Under the pieces are notes generated by a model that saw only the letters and a program-made list of their open reading frames with translations, was not told where the DNA came from and ran no database searches. Source: Escherichia virus TH40. Taken from it: a stretch of 64,000 nt of DNA. Location of the stretch: the sequence record MT446411.1. One strand, written 5' to 3'. The translations under genes were made by a program, and so were the position numbers. Positions 61,432-64,000 of the stretch are shown here, piece by piece. Position 1 is the first letter of the stretch; each line of letters starts with the position of its first letter.

Positions 61432-62460
61432 CTAAACTTTTGCGTACTTCGAAAGTCGCATTCTTGCCATCAACCCTTGAGCAACGTTATCGGCCATATA
61501 TGATTCGATTTGTTCAGGGGTTGCACCCTCCGATTTAACCATCTCATTTATGTCTTTCGTATGCCATGGTGCATTGTCCCAGAACATAACAGCTTCGCCA
61601 GCTTCAACGAGTTTCTTCATACGTTTAATCGTATCCGGATGTCTTGGCTCGTTGTCCATTACCCATACTCGGGTTTCAGCATAAGGAACGGATTCCAATG
61701 CTAATGTTCCGCCGGTTATCGCAATGCTGTTAGGGATAAACAAACTATCAATCGGACCTTCCATTACCCACACGCGCTTGCGCTCATCAATCTTGTCTAC
61801 TCCATAGACTTTTGAAGCTTCTGGGTGAGCTTTGATTGTGATATATTTTTGTGGTGCATCTTTGCGAAGAGCTCGTCCTTGGAAAGATTCGATTTCTTTT
61901 TTGCCGTTGAAGATAGGAATAACCAAGCGTGGTTCATTCGTTTCATTCTTATACGTCCCAGGATTAACGGAGTTAACTAATGCAGGCCATTTGTTTGTAA
62001 ACCATAACCGGTTCCAAACATTGCTCGGAATACACCGACTTTTTACATACTTAACTATCGGATACTCTTCTGGTAAAGTATCGATTCTTTCACAAAAAGC
62101 AAGCTCTTCAATAACCGGAGTTTTTTCTGGTTCTTTCGGAGCTTCTGCAACTTCATTACGTTGTCGACCGAAGGCATTCTCCTTGTACTTCTCGACCATA
62201 TATTCCCGGTGCAAATCCGGCTCAAACTCTTTTATGTATTTGCTTATATGCGTGGAGTAGTCACAGTTAAAACATTTCACGTAAACCGCACCATCAGACG
62301 GATTGGTATACGCCCAGAATCGAGCCTTGTGCGAATCTTTCTGGGAGTCACCACAAACCTTGCAACGACAGTTTGCCTTAAATGTGCTCCCGGTGACTTC
62401 TCTATAACGTGGTTGATACGATAAAGCTCTGACTGCAAATTCTCTATCAATATATGACAT
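61432..62460 (-). CDS. 61: DNA primase
   Basis: 342 aa; N-terminal zinc-binding CRCKVCGDS...CFNCDYS; Toprim-like MEGPIDSL and VMDNEPRHPD. Confidence 0.9.
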   Translation of the reverse strand: MSYIDREFAVRALSYQPRYREVTGSTFKANCRCKVCGDSQKDSHKARFWAYTNPSDGAVYVKCFNCDYSTHISKYIKEFEPDLHREYMVEKYKENAFGRQRNEVAEAPKEPEKTPVIEELAFCERIDTLPEEYPIVKYVKSRCIPSNVWNRLWFTNKWPALVNSVNPGTYKNETNEPRLVIPIFNGKKEIESFQGRALRKDAPQKYITIKAHPEASKVYGVDKIDERKRVWVMEGPIDSLFIPNSIAITGGTLALESVPYAETRVWVMDNEPRHPDTIKRMKKLVEAGEAVMFWDNAPWHTKDINEMVKSEGATPEQIESYMADNVAQGLMARMRLSKYAKV

Positions 62461-62492
62461 AGTTTCCTCATTTCAATGGCCCCGAAGGACCA

Positions 62493-62660
62493 TTATACTG
62501 TAGGTTTATCGTCTTTATTCTTACGCTTTTTTGATGGGATTTGTTCAGGGCCTTTATTGACAACTGCCCCGGAAGTGGTACCTGTTGCGATATTAGTTGG
62601 GTTTCCACCTGCATCACCGGCAACCATATCTTCATTGATAAAATCTTTGAATGTTTTCAT
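62493..62660 (-). CDS. small protein (55 aa)
   Basis: Hand-translated MKTFKDFINEDMVAGDAGGNPTNIATGTTSGAVVNKGPEQIPSKKRKNKDDKPTV; AAGGGGGGTGTT SD. Confidence 0.4.
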   Translation of the reverse strand: MKTFKDFINEDMVAGDAGGNPTNIATGTTSGAVVNKGPEQIPSKKRKNKDDKPTV

Positions 62661-62680
62661 AACACCCCCCTTTCCGCTAT

Positions 62681-62872
62681 TTATACAACGAAGATAGCTT
62701 TATCGCCATTTGCATCAGTCACTTCATAAGTGTCTTCATGATACAACGGAATAATCCAGGTAACACCATCATCAGCGATAACATGGATTGCTTCTTGGTC
62801 TTGCGACACGATTTCATATTCTTCAAAAATCTGGAAGACCGAAATCTTAGAGCCCGTACACATTGCACTCAT
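62681..62872 (-). CDS. hypothetical protein
   Basis: 63-aa ORF in array. Confidence 0.4.
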   Translation of the reverse strand: MSAMCTGSKISVFQIFEEYEIVSQDQEAIHVIADDGVTWIIPLYHEDTYEVTDANGDKAIFVV

Positions 62873-63068
62873 ATTGTTCCCTTCTTTTAATCAATTGACG
62901 ATGTGCCTTTTTAAGTTTACGAATCTGACGTTTAGTCGGTCGTGCAACATAAGCTTGAGTAGTTACTCGTCCAAAAACTCCATACTTGGGAGACGGAGTA
63001 TCAATAAAGACTTCCCACTGACAAGAGTAACTATATATTGCTTTAGAGAATTGGGTCAAAACAAACAT
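62847..63068 (-). CDS. hypothetical basic protein
   Basis: 73-aa ORF in array. Confidence 0.4.
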   Translation of the reverse strand: MFVLTQFSKAIYSYSCQWEVFIDTPSPKYGVFGRVTTQAYVARPTKRQIRKLKKAHRQLIKRREQYECNVYGL

Positions 63069-63069
63069 A

Positions 63070-63420
63070 TTAACCTCGCTTCATGAAGGCATTAAAAATC
63101 TGGTCGTCGACAGACTGTTCTTGAGCTTTGCCTACCCTATTCAAAATGTCATTCGCTGCATCAGATAACATGACCCCAATTTCAGGGTTTCCAGTTATCC
63201 ATGCTGCACAATCGCGTACATTCTTTTTATCAAATGGATAACCGCGAGTATCTTCATAAGGCCCATTCATTACCAGGAATGAGCGAGCCTTTATGATAAT
63301 ATCATCTTTAACGATAATATAACCAATCGCTTGATTAAACCGAGGGTCGCGGAATTCATAATGAGCATTACCATCATTATTGCTCGCCAGTTCAAAATTC
63401 AGAAAATTGTAATCATTCAT
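63070..63420 (-). CDS. hypothetical protein, paralogue of 63422..63859
   Basis: 116 aa; C-terminus SVDDQIFNAFMKRG shared with upstream gene. Confidence 0.45.
   Translation of the reverse strand: MNDYNFLNFELASNNDGNAHYEFRDPRFNQAIGYIIVKDDIIIKARSFLVMNGPYEDTRGYPFDKKNVRDCAAWITGNPEIGVMLSDAANDILNRVGKAQEQSVDDQIFNAFMKRG
63075..63111 (-). repeat. 37-bp direct repeat at gene 3' end, copy 1
   Basis: Matches 63427..63463 with 2 mismatches. Confidence 0.8.
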
Positions 63421-63421
63421 A

Positions 63422-63859
63422 CTAATCTCGCTTCATGAAGGCATTAAAAATTTGGTCGTCAACTGAATAAACAGGATTTTCCAGAATTTTCAAAAGACTG
63501 TTTTTGATGTACTTGCCAGGGATATCCATATTAATGACACCATTATTCAATTCATTGTCTGGATTGATGTCTTTAAATTCAAACCCTTCAAACTCAACCT
63601 TGTCAGGAATACCATCAGCGAAAAAATAAACCAATTGGTGCATTGTATTGCGCGAAAATAATTTAGACTTGACTGCAATAAGTTCTTGCCAATGGTTTAA
63701 TTCTTTGTTAAGAAGCTTATGAGCAAACGTAATTCTATCATCACTATCAACAAGAAAATAACCCAGGTATTGAATTTCGTCGCTCCAAAACACCCGGTAT
63801 GCCTGTGCATTTGGATTTTTACAGCGAAGTTTTTTGATAACTAAATTTCTGTTAATCAT
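63422..63859 (-). CDS. hypothetical protein (145 aa from ATG 63857-63859), paralogue of 63070..63420
   Basis: GGTGAATAAA then ATG; C-terminus SVDDQIFNAFMKRD. Confidence 0.45.
   Translation of the reverse strand: MINRNLVIKKLRCKNPNAQAYRVFWSDEIQYLGYFLVDSDDRITFAHKLLNKELNHWQELIAVKSKLFSRNTMHQLVYFFADGIPDKVEFEGFEFKDINPDNELNNGVINMDIPGKYIKNSLLKILENPVYSVDDQIFNAFMKRD
63427..63463 (-). repeat. 37-bp direct repeat at gene 3' end, copy 2
   Basis: See copy 1. Confidence 0.8.
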
Positions 63860-63860
63860 T

Positions 63861-64000
63861 TTATTCACCTGTAACCCATTGAACAATTTTGCTATTGTCA
63901 AATGAAGCATCGCAATACAGAACATAGTTATACTGCATAACGTCACCAGAAGTCAATTGGTCAGATACTTCTTTAACCATATCAGGGCGGTCGCGTTTAG
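63861..64000 (-). CDS. hypothetical protein, C-terminal fragment (5' end beyond window)
   Basis: Open frame ending ...VMQYNYVLYCDASFDNSKIVQWVTGE at stop 63861-63863. Confidence 0.35.
   Translation of the reverse strand, partial: KRDRPDMVKEVSDQLTSGDVMQYNYVLYCDASFDNSKIVQWVTGE

Noticed and set aside
62476-62729. Plus-strand ORFs 62476..62697 and 62541..62729
   Set aside because: Antisense to a minus-strand 55-codon gene with a strong SD and to the next minus-strand gene; no plus-strand promoter or SD.

Overview
This window reads as a contiguous piece of a T4-like (Tevenvirinae, T2/T6-type) phage genome. The minus strand carries a dense early/middle gene array: DNA ligase (gene 30, truncated at the window start), 31, cd, pseT, spanins, an alc-position gene, rnlA, denA, nrdB, nrdA, td, frd, 32, 59, 33, dsbA, rnh, then asiA, arn, motA, 52, ndd, rIIB, rIIA, a fused gene 39, dexA, dda, a ModA/ModB-like ADP-ribosyltransferase pair, soc, 56 and 61. 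The plus strand carries the late long-tail-fibre operon (34, 35, 36, 37, a glycine-rich gp38-type adhesin) and holin t, each behind TATAAATA late promoters. Unlike T4, td and nrdB are uninterrupted and gene 39 is one 610-aa ORF. All identifications are from reading the translations and from recalled T4 gene order; no database search was run. Features that depart from the T4 template are: a plus-strand HNH endonuclease gene inserted next to pseT; a duplicated module of small hydrophobic-peptide genes with hairpin repeats between ndd and gene 52; at least 16 copies of a conserved sigma70-type early promoter cassette in three leader subtypes; several tandem paralogue pairs; and a 400-bp ORF-free interval downstream of the rIII-position gene. 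Short ORFs below the 60-aa track cut-off were translated by hand and are given at lower confidence. I found no CRISPR array, tRNA or rRNA.
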